DNA of 63,301 nt, the filler included, from an uncultured Gemmatimonadota bacterium (lineage in GTDB: Bacteria; GCA-2686955), in NCBI GenBank assembly GCA_964490075.1. It is 4 parts of 4 records of this genome, joined end to end, with 100 filler letters (N's around TTAATTAATTAA, not from the genome) between each part and the next. Parts side by side here need not be neighbours in the genome. Positions count along the whole stretch, not along the records: positions 1 to 18,176 come from CAZBBK010000086.1; 3 more parts are not named here. The stretch is one strand, 5' to 3'. This document shows positions 1-9,837 of the stretch, in pieces. Numbering within the stretch: position 1 is the stretch's first letter; each line of letters starts with the position of its first letter. Under the pieces are notes generated by a model that worked only from the letters and a program-made list of their open reading frames with translations, was not told the origin of the DNA and did not search any database. Made by a program: the position numbers and the translations under genes.

Positions 1-215
1 CTCAGCCGCCGCGAGCGACCGCGGAGCGACCGAAGCCGCCCGCTGACTCGGCTCAGCCGCCGCCCGCGACCGCGGAGCGACCGAAACCGCCCGCTGACCC
101 GGCTCAGCCGCCGCGAGCGACCGCGGAGCGACCAAAGCCGCCCGCTGACTCGGCTCAGCCGCCGCGAGCGACCGCGGAGCGACCGAAACCGCCCCTGACC
201 CTTGGCAAGGGCAGG
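1..215. repeat. Tandem array of ~4 x 51-bp units (truncated by window start) with terminal dyad motif
   Basis: Units start at 1, 52, 103 and 154 (CTCAGCCGCCGCGAGCGACCGCGGAGCGACCGAA.CCGCCCGCTGAC.CGG); array ends TGACCCTTGGCAAGGGCAGG (196-215). Confidence 0.95.
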
Positions 216-367
216 TTGGCCGCGTTCCGGCCGCTCCCTGCGTCGAGCCTCGCCATATCGAAGCCTCAGTGCCCCCCAAGACCATTGACTCCCGGTGCGG
301 GGCCTCATTAGGGTCAGCGGCTTCATCTTCTCGGGCCGTCGCCCGTCCCCCTCGCAGGAGCCCCCCG

Positions 368-1429
368 GTGTCCGATTCGATCCAGGAGCGCAAGCTCGAC
401 CATCTCAGCCTTTGCGCTGAGCGCGAGGTCGACTACCGGAGCCGCAGCACGCTGCTCGAGCACGTGGAGCTGCTCCACCAAGCCCTGCCGGAGCTGAGCT
501 GGGACGAGATCGACCCTTCGGTCGAGTTGCTGGGAAAGCGCCTCGCGGCACCGGTCTACATCAGCGGCATGACCGGCGGCACGGCGCAGGCCGAAGCGGT
601 CAATCGCGACCTGGCGATCGCTGCGCAGTCCTTGGGCCTGGCCATGGGGCTCGGCAGCCAGCGGCCGATGCTCGATGATCCCGCTCTCACCCGCACCTAC
701 CGGGTGCGCGACCTGGCCCCCGACATCCTCCTGTTCGGGAACATCGGCATGGTGCAGGCCCGCGAGCTGCCGACCCAGGCGCTGGTCGACCTGGTCGGGG
801 AGGTCGAGGCCGACGCGCTTTGCGTGCACCTCAACCCGGCCATGGAGCTGGTGCAGCCGGGTGGGGACCGCGACTTTCGCCGCGGAGAAGAAACCCTGAC
901 CCGGCTGGTGGCCGAGCTCGGCGTGCCGGTGGTGGTGAAGGAGGTGGGCAGCGGCCTGTCGCGCGCCGCCGCCGCGCGCATCCGGCGCGCCGGCGTCGAG
1001 CACATCGACGTGGCCGGCGGCGGCGGCACCTCCTGGGTGGCGGTCGAGACCCTGCGCGCCCAGGGGCGCGCGCGGGCCCTCGGCGAGCTGTTCTGGGACT
1101 GGGGGATCCCGACCGCCGCGGCGCTGCTCCAGGTGCGCGGCGCCGGGTTCACGGTGCTGGCCTCGGGCGGGCTGCGCAACGGTCTCGACATGGCCCGCGC
1201 CCTGGCGCTGGGTGCGCACGCCGCCGGCCTGGCCGCGCCGGTGCTGCGGGCCCAGCGCGAAGGGGGAGCCGCGGCCGTGGTGGACCTGCTCGAGGAGTGC
1301 ATCGAGGCCCTGCGCGCCGCATGGTTGCTCTGCGGCTGCCGCACCCTCGAGCAGCTCTGGGAGGCCCCGCGGGTGTTGACCGGAGAGCTGGCCCAGTGGG
1401 CCGATCAGGCGGCCGGAGTCGCGCGTTGA
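368..1429 (+). CDS. fni: Type 2 (FMN-dependent) isopentenyl-diphosphate delta-isomerase
   Basis: RKxxH, MTGG, GSQR, HLN, KEVG, GGTSW, WGIPT and SGGLR motifs; GTG start after AGGAG. Confidence 0.93.
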   Translation: MSDSIQERKLDHLSLCAEREVDYRSRSTLLEHVELLHQALPELSWDEIDPSVELLGKRLAAPVYISGMTGGTAQAEAVNRDLAIAAQSLGLAMGLGSQRPMLDDPALTRTYRVRDLAPDILLFGNIGMVQARELPTQALVDLVGEVEADALCVHLNPAMELVQPGGDRDFRRGEETLTRLVAELGVPVVVKEVGSGLSRAAAARIRRAGVEHIDVAGGGGTSWVAVETLRAQGRARALGELFWDWGIPTAAALLQVRGAGFTVLASGGLRNGLDMARALALGAHAAGLAAPVLRAQREGGAAAVVDLLEECIEALRAAWLLCGCRTLEQLWEAPRVLTGELAQWADQAAGVAR

Positions 1430-2343
1430 GGCCCGGCGTCGGCATCGCCCACGGCAAGGCGATCCTCTTCGGCGAGCACGCCGTGGTGCACGGCCATCCG
1501 GCTCTCGCGGCGGGGATCGAGCGAGGTGTGGTGGTGGAGGTTCTGCCGGATGAGCAGGGGCCGGTGCTGGAGGTCGATCCCTGGGAGCTGGAGGCCCGAC
1601 CCGGCGGCCCGCGCACCGTCGACCGGGCCCTGGCGCGCTTTCTGGATGCTCAGGACCTGCGTCGAGCGCCGCTGCGCCTGCGGGCCACCAGCGACGTCCC
1701 CCTGGGAGCGGGCCTGGGCAGCTCCGCGGCGCTCTTCGTGGCGGCCGCGGCGGCCCTTGCATCCCATCTCGAGCTTCCTTTCGACCGGTTCGCGATCGAA
1801 GAATGGGCCACGGTCGCGGAGCAGGTGTTCCACGGCACCCCTTCCGGTGTCGACGTGGCCGCCACCAGCCGCGGCGGCATCGGCTGGTTCGTCCGCGGCG
1901 AGGGCTGGATCCCGGTCCCCTCGGACGCCCCGCTCACGCTGGTGATCGGGCGCGAACCGGGGCGGCGGGACACCGGCGCGGTGATCGCGGCGGTGCGCTC
2001 GCGCATGCTGCACCAGGCATCGGGAGTGGCGGCGATCTTCGAGCAAATCGCGCAGCTGGCGGCGGCCGCACGGCGCGACATGCAGGCCGGGGAGCTGGCC
2101 CGGGTGGGCGAGCTGATGAACCGCAATCACCGCTTGCTGGTCGACCTCGGCGTCTCCACCGCGGGCCTCGATCGGCTCTGCGAGGTGGCGCTGGAGGCGG
2201 GCGCCTGGGGCGCCAAGATGACCGGCGCCGGTGGAGGAGGATCGGTGATCGCGTTCGCGCCGGGCCGGGAGCGCGCGCTGGTCCATGCCTGGAACGAGCT
2301 CGGCCGCGAGGCCTTCATCACCGAGATTGGTACCCCGGCCTGA
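1426..2343 (+). CDS. mvk: Mevalonate kinase (GHMP family)
   Basis: GKAILFGEHAVVHG, PLGAGLGSSAA, HGTPSGVD and AKMTGAGGGG; TTG start overlaps the fni stop. Confidence 0.92.
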   Translation: MRPGVGIAHGKAILFGEHAVVHGHPALAAGIERGVVVEVLPDEQGPVLEVDPWELEARPGGPRTVDRALARFLDAQDLRRAPLRLRATSDVPLGAGLGSSAALFVAAAAALASHLELPFDRFAIEEWATVAEQVFHGTPSGVDVAATSRGGIGWFVRGEGWIPVPSDAPLTLVIGREPGRRDTGAVIAAVRSRMLHQASGVAAIFEQIAQLAAAARRDMQAGELARVGELMNRNHRLLVDLGVSTAGLDRLCEVALEAGAWGAKMTGAGGGGSVIAFAPGRERALVHAWNELGREAFITEIGTPA

Positions 2344-2482
2344 GGATTCGTCGACGTCGCCGAGCATTGGGGTGATACTACGCGGGTAGACACAGCCAGC
2401 GGTCGGGCGTCAGCGGCGGGTGGGCAGCTTCCGCAAAGAGACCGCCGCGTGGCCGTCCGGCGCGCAGGGGCACAGCATCACG

Positions 2483-3763
2483 ATGAAGCCAGGCACAACC
2501 TCACGCATGAGCGGGCTCTACAAGCTCTCGATCGAAGAACGCAGGCGCGAGCTCAAGCGCCGCGTCGAGATGGACCACGACGAGCTGGGTGCTCTCGATT
2601 GGGGCGGCCTGCTCCTGGTCGATGCCGACAACCTGATCGAGAACGTGCTCGGCACCTACAAGCTGCCTTTCGCGGTCTGTCCCAACTTCCTGATCGACGG
2701 CATCGAGCGCATCCTGCCGATGGTGGTCGAGGAGCCCTCGGTGGTAGCCGCCGCGGCCAACGCCGCGCGCATCGTACGGGCCGGCGGAGGGTTCTTCTCC
2801 GAAACCGACGATCCTCTGATGATCGCTCAGATCCAGCTGCTCGACGTCCGCGATCCGGCGGGCGCCAAGGGGCGCATCGAAGGCGAATCCGAGGCGTTGC
2901 TGAAGCTGGCGAACTCGTGCCAGCTGGCGCTGGTCGAGCGCGGGGGCGGGGCCCGCGAGATCGAGGTCCGCACGCTGCCGAGCGATCCCGGCCAGCTGGT
3001 GGTGCACATCCTGATCGACTGCCGCAGCGCCATGGGCGCCAACCTGGTGAACACCGTCGCCGAGCGCCTGGCGGACCGGATCGCGGGGTTGGCGGGAGGG
3101 CGGCCGGGCCTGCGAATCCTCTCCAACCTGGCCGACCGCCGGCTGGTCCGGGTCGTGACCAGGATTCCACCCGAGGCGCTGGCCATCGCCAAGATCCCCG
3201 GCGACGTGGTGCGCGACCAGATCGTCGAGGCCTCACGCTTCGCCGACATCGACCCCTATCGGGCCGCGACCCACAACAAGGGGATCATGAACGGTGTCGA
3301 TGCGGTGGGACTCGCGGTGGGCAACGATTGGCGCTCGCTGGAGGCCGGCGCCCATGCCTATGCCGCGCGCAACGGTCGCTACGAGGCGCTCTCGCGCTGG
3401 ACCGTCGACGAGGAAGGGGAGCTGGTGGGGCGGATCGAGATGCCGATGGCGGTCGGCACCGTGGGCGGCGCGATTCGGGTCCAATCGCTCGCTCGCTTGG
3501 CGCTCAAGATCGCCGACGTCAACGATGCGACCGAGCTCGGAGTCGTCATGACCTGCGCCGGACTGGCCTCCAACCTGGCCGCCCTGCGCGCCCTGGCCAC
3601 CATCGGCATTCAGCGCGGCCACATGTCGCTGCACGCCCGCAGCGTCGCCCGCGCCGCCGGGGCGCGCGACGGACAGGTCGAGCTGGTGGCGCGCTTGCTG
3701 GCCCAATCGGGTCAGATCCGCCCCGAGAAGGCCCAGGAGATCATCGAGAAGCTGGGGCTCTGA
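2483..3763 (+). CDS. mvaA: Class II HMG-CoA reductase
   Basis: IENVLG, EEPSVVAA, AMGAN, RAATHNKGIMNG, VGTVGG and GIQRGHMSLH motifs. Confidence 0.93.
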   Translation: MKPGTTSRMSGLYKLSIEERRRELKRRVEMDHDELGALDWGGLLLVDADNLIENVLGTYKLPFAVCPNFLIDGIERILPMVVEEPSVVAAAANAARIVRAGGGFFSETDDPLMIAQIQLLDVRDPAGAKGRIEGESEALLKLANSCQLALVERGGGAREIEVRTLPSDPGQLVVHILIDCRSAMGANLVNTVAERLADRIAGLAGGRPGLRILSNLADRRLVRVVTRIPPEALAIAKIPGDVVRDQIVEASRFADIDPYRAATHNKGIMNGVDAVGLAVGNDWRSLEAGAHAYAARNGRYEALSRWTVDEEGELVGRIEMPMAVGTVGGAIRVQSLARLALKIADVNDATELGVVMTCAGLASNLAALRALATIGIQRGHMSLHARSVARAAGARDGQVELVARLLAQSGQIRPEKAQEIIEKLGL

Positions 3764-3816
3764 GAGGCCGCGCCACAGAGTCGGGAGCTACGCTTGCGCG
3801 CTTCCTGCGCGGACCC

Positions 3817-4329
3817 TCAAGAAGGCGGGCGGTGGTCGATCAGGTGGGTGGGCCAGTCGAAGGGATCGTCGTCGCCCAGCGAGAGCGACGAGACCGGACC
3901 CTTGGATGTTTGCTCGTGCTCGGCGGCCGTCCCGTCCTCTCCCTCCGCCTGCCGTGCGGCGCTCGCCGAGTCGTCCGCCGCCTCTTCTCCCTGCGCCAGC
4001 CTGGCCAGACGTTCCTCCAGGCGTTTCTTGACGTCGGGAGGCAGCTCCAGCTCGTCCGACAAGGTCCGGAACATCTCGCGCATCACGCCGACGCTGGTAT
4101 CCCACTCCGAAACCCGGAAGTCCTTCTTGGCCACTCGACCCGCGGGCGTGGGCACGGGCGGAGGCGTGGGGCGGGGCTCGGCGTTGCGCGGCAGCGCGGG
4201 CGTGCTGCCCTGCCGCTTGCGCGAGGAGCCGATCTGCGCCACCGCGGCCGCCGCCAGCCGCACCAGCACGATCATCACCGCCAGGGGCAGCACGAGAGTC
4301 GCGAAGACCGAGATCAGATCGAAGGACAT
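3817..4329 (-). CDS. Hypothetical protein with N-terminal transmembrane helix
   Basis: MSFDLISVFATLVLPLAVMIVLVRL hydrophobic start, then Pro-rich linker, helical core and acidic tail; fills the intergenic space. Confidence 0.6.
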   Translation of the reverse strand: MSFDLISVFATLVLPLAVMIVLVRLAAAAVAQIGSSRKRQGSTPALPRNAEPRPTPPPVPTPAGRVAKKDFRVSEWDTSVGVMREMFRTLSDELELPPDVKKRLEERLARLAQGEEAADDSASAARQAEGEDGTAAEHEQTSKGPVSSLSLGDDDPFDWPTHLIDHRPPS

Positions 4330-4519
4330 GGGCGCTTTCGTAGAAGTCGGTGCGAGTGAGCGAGGATGAGCGGGATCCGAGTGACCCCGGCGGCGATCCG
4401 CCCGCACGCAAACACCGGCTTCAAGTCGGGATCGTTCTGTGTCACGATCGACAGGTCGAAGGACGGCGTTCGGTCGAAGCCCTGAGCCGTCCACAGTTTG
4501 CACATGCCGGGTCGCTTTC

Positions 4520-5434
4520 ATGCACGAGTTCCTCGAACGCTGGCGCAGTGGAGATCGGGTCTTGTTGATCGACGGCGGCTGCGGCGCCGAGCTCCCGTCC
4601 AGAGGCGTCCCCCACGCGCCGCCGATCTGGTCCGCCGCCGGGGTCCACCGGGCCCCGGGAATCGTGCGCGAGATCCACCGCACCCATGTCGAGGCCGGAG
4701 CGCAGGTCGTCACCGCGCTCACCTTCCGTACCCATCGCCGGGCGCTGGAGCGGGTCGGCCTGGTCGGCTGCTCGCTGCGGCTCACCTGCGCCGCGGTGCG
4801 GCTGGCGCGCGAAGCGGTCAGCGCCGCCGCGCCGGATCATACGGTGCTGGTGGCCGGCTCGCTCTCACCCCTGGAGGACTGTTTTCGCGCCGACCTGGTG
4901 CCCGACCTGGAGGAGGCCCGCGCCGAGCATCGCGAACGCGCCAACGAGCTCTCCTTCGCCGGCGTCGACCTGGTGCTGGCGGAGACCTTCAATTGCCGCG
5001 AGGAGGCCGAGATCGCGATGGCGGCGGCGACCGAGGCCGGTCTGCCGGTGATGGTCAGCTTCACCCTGCGCCGCGACGGCGCGTTGCCCTCCGGCGAGTC
5101 GCTGCGCTCGTGCGCTCGGGCGATCCTCGCCTGGGGTCCGCTGGCGATCGGCGTCAACTGCTGCCTGCCGTCGGTGGCGGGCACCGCGATCGCGGTGCTG
5201 CTCGAGGAGTGCGGGGCGAGCGGCGTGCCGGTCGGCGCCTATCCCAACGCGGGCGCCTCGCTGGGCCGGCAGGGATGGGCGTTCTCGCACTCCGCCTCTC
5301 CGGCAACGCTCGCCGAGTCGGCCATGCCCTGGATCGACGCCGGCGCCCGCTGGGTGGGCGGCTGCTGCGGCGCCACCGCGGGGCACGTCAGAGCCCTGCG
5401 CCGAGCCCTGGCGGAGCGGCTCGCCGAGGGTTGA
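4520..5434 (+). CDS. Homocysteine S-methyltransferase family protein
   Basis: LIDGG..G.EL, H.EAGA, AETF, GVNC, YPNAG and GGCCG (Zn ligands). Confidence 0.88.
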   Translation: MHEFLERWRSGDRVLLIDGGCGAELPSRGVPHAPPIWSAAGVHRAPGIVREIHRTHVEAGAQVVTALTFRTHRRALERVGLVGCSLRLTCAAVRLAREAVSAAAPDHTVLVAGSLSPLEDCFRADLVPDLEEARAEHRERANELSFAGVDLVLAETFNCREEAEIAMAAATEAGLPVMVSFTLRRDGALPSGESLRSCARAILAWGPLAIGVNCCLPSVAGTAIAVLLEECGASGVPVGAYPNAGASLGRQGWAFSHSASPATLAESAMPWIDAGARWVGGCCGATAGHVRALRRALAERLAEG

Positions 5435-5552
5435 CGGAGAAAAGCCGATGCGGGCCACGTATGCAGCGGTTAGCATCCCGGTTTTCAGTTTGCGTGCCTG
5501 AGAGCCGATTATCATCCCGACGCCCTCGAAGCAGCGCGCCGAGTGGCGATCG

Positions 5553-7751
5553 ATGCCCCCAATGAGACCGCGAGAGGTTTTCGACTTGAAGCACTACTGC
5601 AAAGCGGCGCCCGTCGCCGCCGCACTCGGTCTGGCTCTGCCGACGAGCGCGGCCGCCTATGTCGGCCCAGGAGCGGGCTTTGCCTTCGCCGGGTCGCTCT
5701 TCTTCTTCCTCGGGGCTGTCCTCCTGGCGCTGGCCACGATCCTCTTCTTTCCGATCCGCATGGCCTGGATCGCTTTCAAGCGGCGCCGCAAGGGAGCCGG
5801 CAAGGCGATGGTGCGGCGCGTCGTGGTGATGGGCTTCGACGGCCTCGATCCCGACCTGGTGGCGCAGTACAGCGCCGAGGGGCGGATGCCGAACTTCGAG
5901 CGTCTGGGCAAGCGCGGCTACTCCTCGAAACTGACCACTACCTTCCCCTCGATCTCGCCGGTCGCCTGGTCGTCGTTCATCACCGGCTGCAGCCCGGCCA
6001 AGCACAACATCTTCGACTTCCTGGCCCGCGATCGCCGCACCTACCTGCCCGATCTTTCCTCGGCCCGGATCACCACACCGACGCGCGTCCTCAAGCTCGG
6101 CAAGTACCGCTTCCCGCTCGAGAAGCCCGGCATCAAGCTGCTGCGCAAGGGCAAGTCGTTCTGGAAGCAGCTCGGTGAGCACGGCGTCTTCTCGGCGATT
6201 CTGCGCGTGCCGATCACCTTCCCGGCCGAGGAGTTCGACGGCGTGCAGCTGGCGGCGATGTGCGCGCCCGATCTCAAGGGAACCCAGGGCAGCTTCACCT
6301 CGTTCAGCACCCACCCCGAGGATGCCGCCACCACCGGGGGCGAGCGGATCAAGGTGGTGCGCGAGGGCAACATCGTGCGCGGCGCGATCCCCGGGCCCGC
6401 CAACTCGCTGGTCGAAGGCAGCCCGCAGCTCGAGATCGGATTCACGGTCACCCTAGATCCCGCGGGCCAGACCGGCCTCATGGAGATGGCGAACGGCGAG
6501 GTGGTCCACCTGAAGAAGGGCAAGTACTCCGACTGGGTGCGACTCAGCTACGCCGCCGGTCTGGGCCAGAAGGTGCACGGCATCGCCCGCTTCCTGATCA
6601 CCTCGATCGAGCCGACCTTCAACTTCTACATGACACCGATCAACATCGATCCCGAGAACCCGGCGCTGCCGATCTCGCACCCCCTGGTCTACTCGATCTA
6701 CCTCTCCAAGGCACTCGGCTCTTTCGCCACCCTGGGCCTGGCCGAGGACACCTGGGCCCTCAACGAGCGGGTGATCGACGAGGACCAGTTCCTGGAGCAG
6801 GCCTACCTGATCCAGGAAGAGCGCGAGAAGATGTTCTGGTCGGAGCTGGACAAGGTGCGCAAGGGGCTGGTGGTCTGCGTGTTCGACGCCACCGATCGCA
6901 TCCAGCACATGTTCTACCGTTTCATCCAGGACGACCACCCGGCGGCGCGCGGCTTCGATCGCGAGAAGTACCGCCACGCCATCCGCGACATCTACGAGCG
7001 CGCCGACGAGCTGGTCGGCGAAACCCTCGATCGGCTCGGCGCCGACGAGGAGCTCTTCGTGCTCTCCGACCACGGCTTCAAGAGCTTCCATCGCGGGTTG
7101 AACGTCAACAGCTGGCTGATGAAGGAGGGCTACCTGGTGCTGCGCGACGGGCGCCGCGAGGGCCGCGACTGGTTCGTCGACGTCGACTGGGAGAAGACCC
7201 GCGCCTTCGGCCTGGGACTGGCCGGTCTCTTCCTGAACGTGAAGGGGCGCGAGGCCAAGGGGATCGTCGAGCCGGGAGCCGAGGCCCAGGCGCTCAAAGC
7301 CGAGATCATCGACAAGCTGCGCCGGCTCACCGATCCCGAGCGCGGCGACGAGCGGGTAGTGCTGGAAGCCTGGGACTCCCAGGAATGCTATGGACCGGGG
7401 CCCTTCGTGGAAAACGCCCCCGACGTGCTGATCGGCTACAACGCCGGCTACCGCGTGTCGTGGGAGTCGGTGACCGGCAAGATCCTCGCCGAGCCCCTGG
7501 TCGACAACGTGAAGGCCTGGAGCGGCGACCACTGCATCGATCCGCGCCAGGTGCCCGGCGTGCTCTACTCGACGCGCAAGCTCGGCTGCGAAAACCCCCG
7601 GATCATCGACGTTGGTCCGACGATCCTGGAACTTTTCGGCGTCGGCAAGACGCCGCAGATGGAAGGCCAATCGTTGCTTGGCCCGACCCGCATCGATCCC
7701 ACCTTGCTGCCCAGCGGCAGGCCGATCGAGTCGCAAACAGCTAAAGTGTAG
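5553..7751 (+). CDS. Membrane-anchored alkaline phosphatase superfamily (nucleotide pyrophosphatase/phosphodiesterase-like) protein
   Basis: GFDG, SPVAWSSF, DRIQH, SDHG and WSGDH motifs; N-terminal signal plus YVGPGAG-TM helix; exact start uncertain. Confidence 0.85.
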   Translation: MPPMRPREVFDLKHYCKAAPVAAALGLALPTSAAAYVGPGAGFAFAGSLFFFLGAVLLALATILFFPIRMAWIAFKRRRKGAGKAMVRRVVVMGFDGLDPDLVAQYSAEGRMPNFERLGKRGYSSKLTTTFPSISPVAWSSFITGCSPAKHNIFDFLARDRRTYLPDLSSARITTPTRVLKLGKYRFPLEKPGIKLLRKGKSFWKQLGEHGVFSAILRVPITFPAEEFDGVQLAAMCAPDLKGTQGSFTSFSTHPEDAATTGGERIKVVREGNIVRGAIPGPANSLVEGSPQLEIGFTVTLDPAGQTGLMEMANGEVVHLKKGKYSDWVRLSYAAGLGQKVHGIARFLITSIEPTFNFYMTPINIDPENPALPISHPLVYSIYLSKALGSFATLGLAEDTWALNERVIDEDQFLEQAYLIQEEREKMFWSELDKVRKGLVVCVFDATDRIQHMFYRFIQDDHPAARGFDREKYRHAIRDIYERADELVGETLDRLGADEELFVLSDHGFKSFHRGLNVNSWLMKEGYLVLRDGRREGRDWFVDVDWEKTRAFGLGLAGLFLNVKGREAKGIVEPGAEAQALKAEIIDKLRRLTDPERGDERVVLEAWDSQECYGPGPFVENAPDVLIGYNAGYRVSWESVTGKILAEPLVDNVKAWSGDHCIDPRQVPGVLYSTRKLGCENPRIIDVGPTILELFGVGKTPQMEGQSLLGPTRIDPTLLPSGRPIESQTAKV

Positions 7752-7816
7752 CGATCTCTCCAACCGGCGCGAAGGGGACGGTCACCGTCTCGCGCGCACC
7801 CAAGGCAAAGGTCATC

Positions 7817-9787
7817 GTGAGAACAGCCACATCGCTCTCCCTACTCCTCGTTGCCACGCTCGCCTCCGGCACCACGGCGGCATCGGCCCAGAAGGTTTTT
7901 CTGCTCGGTGTCGACGGTTGTGATCCCAATCTGCTCCGGCAGTACATGGACGAGGGGATCCTGCCCAACTACCAGCGTCTCGCCGAGCAGGGCAGCTTCC
8001 TGCCCTGCCGGACCAGCATGCCGCCGCAGAGCCCGGTGGCCTGGTCCAACGTGATCACCGGTCTCGACCCCGGCGGCCACGGCATCTTCGATTTCATCCA
8101 CCGCCGTCCCGGCAGCTACCTGCCCTTCCTCTCGACCTCGGAGTCGAAGCCGGCTCAGAACACCGTCGAGCTCTTCGGCTACACCCTCGAGGTCCCCTTC
8201 TACTCGACGCCGGCCTCCACCGAGAACCTGCGTCGCGGCACCGCCTTCTGGGACTACGTGGTAGAGGCCGGCTTCCCGGCGACGATCTTCAAGATGCCGG
8301 CCAACTACCCGCCCAGCGAGTTCGGCGCCGGGCGCGCCCTTTCCGACATGGGCACCCCCGACGTGCTCGGCACCTACGGCACTTTTAGCTTCTACACCGA
8401 TACCGACACCAAGAAGCCGGTCGAGGAGATCTCAGCAGGCAATGTCTATCGCGTGGAGATCGTCGACGGCTACTTCGAGTCGGAGATCCCCGGTCCCCCC
8501 GATCCCTTCCGCGCCGACAGCCGCGGCACGCCGTCGGAGTTCGAAGTGATCATCGATGCCGCGAGTCAGGGCGTCGCGATCACGGTCGGCGACGAGCGGG
8601 TGCTGCTGCGCGAAGGCGAGTGGAGCGACTGGGTGCCGATCCCCTTCGCCTTCTCCCTGGGCCAGGAGATGCAGGGGATCGCCCGCTTCTACCTGCAAGA
8701 GGCGCAGCCGAATTTCCGTCTCTACGTGTCGCCGGTGAATTTCGATCCCTGCGCCGATGCCGGCTCCACGACCACGCCGCCCGAGTACGCGGAGGAGCTC
8801 TGCGAGAAGCTCGGGCGCTTCTACACCCAGGGGATGCCGGAGGAGACCAAGGCGCTCGAAGGCTGGATCTTCAGCAACGAGGAGTTCGTGCAGCAGCGGC
8901 GCATCGTCTTCGATGAGCGCGCCTTGCAGCTCGAGCTGGTGCTCGACGAGTATCGCGCTCGCGACAAGGGACTGACCTTCTTCTACTTCGGCTCGGTCGA
9001 CCAGACCTCGCACATGATGTGGCGCGCCATGGACGAGGAGCATCCGGCCCGGCGCCTGGAAGACGCCGCCAGCGCTTCGGTCATTCGCGACACCTATGTG
9101 CTGACCGACGCCGCGATCGGCAAGGTGCACGACGCCGTGGGCACCGACGGAACGCTGATCCTGGTCTCGGATCACGGCTTCTCGCCCTGGCATCGCTCGG
9201 TGCACCTGAATGCCTGGCTGAAGGAGAACGGCTACCTGACGGTCACCAACCCCGAGAGCTACGGCCAGGGGGAGTTCTTGAGCGAAGTCAACTTCTGGAA
9301 GACCAAGGCCTACGCCATCGGCATCAACAGCCTCTACATCAATCAGCGCGGGCGCGAGGGCAAGGGGACGGTGAGCGCCGGGGCCGCCAAGGATGCGTTG
9401 ATCGCCGAGCTGGTCGAGAAGCTGGAGGCGGCGGTCGATCCCGAGACCGGCACGCGGGTCTTCGAGAACATCTACCGCCGTGAAGACATCTACCACGGTC
9501 CCTACACCGAAACGGCTCCCGATCTTCTGGTCGGCTATGCCTGGGGCTATCGCGGCTCCGACGAATCGGCCAAGGGGCAGGTGGTCAACGGCCCCTTCGT
9601 GGAGCCGAACGACGACAAGAAGTGGAGCGGCGACCACTGCGTCGACTTCACGCTGGTGCCGGGCGTGATCATGAGCAACAAGAAGATCACCAAGTCCGAT
9701 CCCGCTCTGGTCGACATCGCGCCCAGCGTGCTGGCCGAGATGGGAGTCCCGATTCCTTCCGACATGGTCGGAAAGTCCATCTTCTAA
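7817..9787 (+). CDS. Secreted alkaline phosphatase superfamily (NPP-like) protein
   Basis: Signal peptide; GVDG, PPQSPVAWS, DQTSH, SDHG and WSGDH; paralogous to the upstream gene. Confidence 0.87.
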   Translation: MRTATSLSLLLVATLASGTTAASAQKVFLLGVDGCDPNLLRQYMDEGILPNYQRLAEQGSFLPCRTSMPPQSPVAWSNVITGLDPGGHGIFDFIHRRPGSYLPFLSTSESKPAQNTVELFGYTLEVPFYSTPASTENLRRGTAFWDYVVEAGFPATIFKMPANYPPSEFGAGRALSDMGTPDVLGTYGTFSFYTDTDTKKPVEEISAGNVYRVEIVDGYFESEIPGPPDPFRADSRGTPSEFEVIIDAASQGVAITVGDERVLLREGEWSDWVPIPFAFSLGQEMQGIARFYLQEAQPNFRLYVSPVNFDPCADAGSTTTPPEYAEELCEKLGRFYTQGMPEETKALEGWIFSNEEFVQQRRIVFDERALQLELVLDEYRARDKGLTFFYFGSVDQTSHMMWRAMDEEHPARRLEDAASASVIRDTYVLTDAAIGKVHDAVGTDGTLILVSDHGFSPWHRSVHLNAWLKENGYLTVTNPESYGQGEFLSEVNFWKTKAYAIGINSLYINQRGREGKGTVSAGAAKDALIAELVEKLEAAVDPETGTRVFENIYRREDIYHGPYTETAPDLLVGYAWGYRGSDESAKGQVVNGPFVEPNDDKKWSGDHCVDFTLVPGVIMSNKKITKSDPALVDIAPSVLAEMGVPIPSDMVGKSIF

Positions 9788-9837
9788 CGACCGGAACGAC
9801 AACAACGACGGCGAGCCGCCGTCACGAGGAGAAGCAA

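Noticed and set aside
1-215. CRISPR array
   Set aside because: Whole 51-bp units repeat with only point differences; there are no unique spacers and no cas genes.
4330-4519. SAM or other riboswitch upstream of the homocysteine methyltransferase-family gene
   Set aside because: I could not recognise SAM-I/II, SAH or cobalamin consensus elements; an Rfam scan would be needed.
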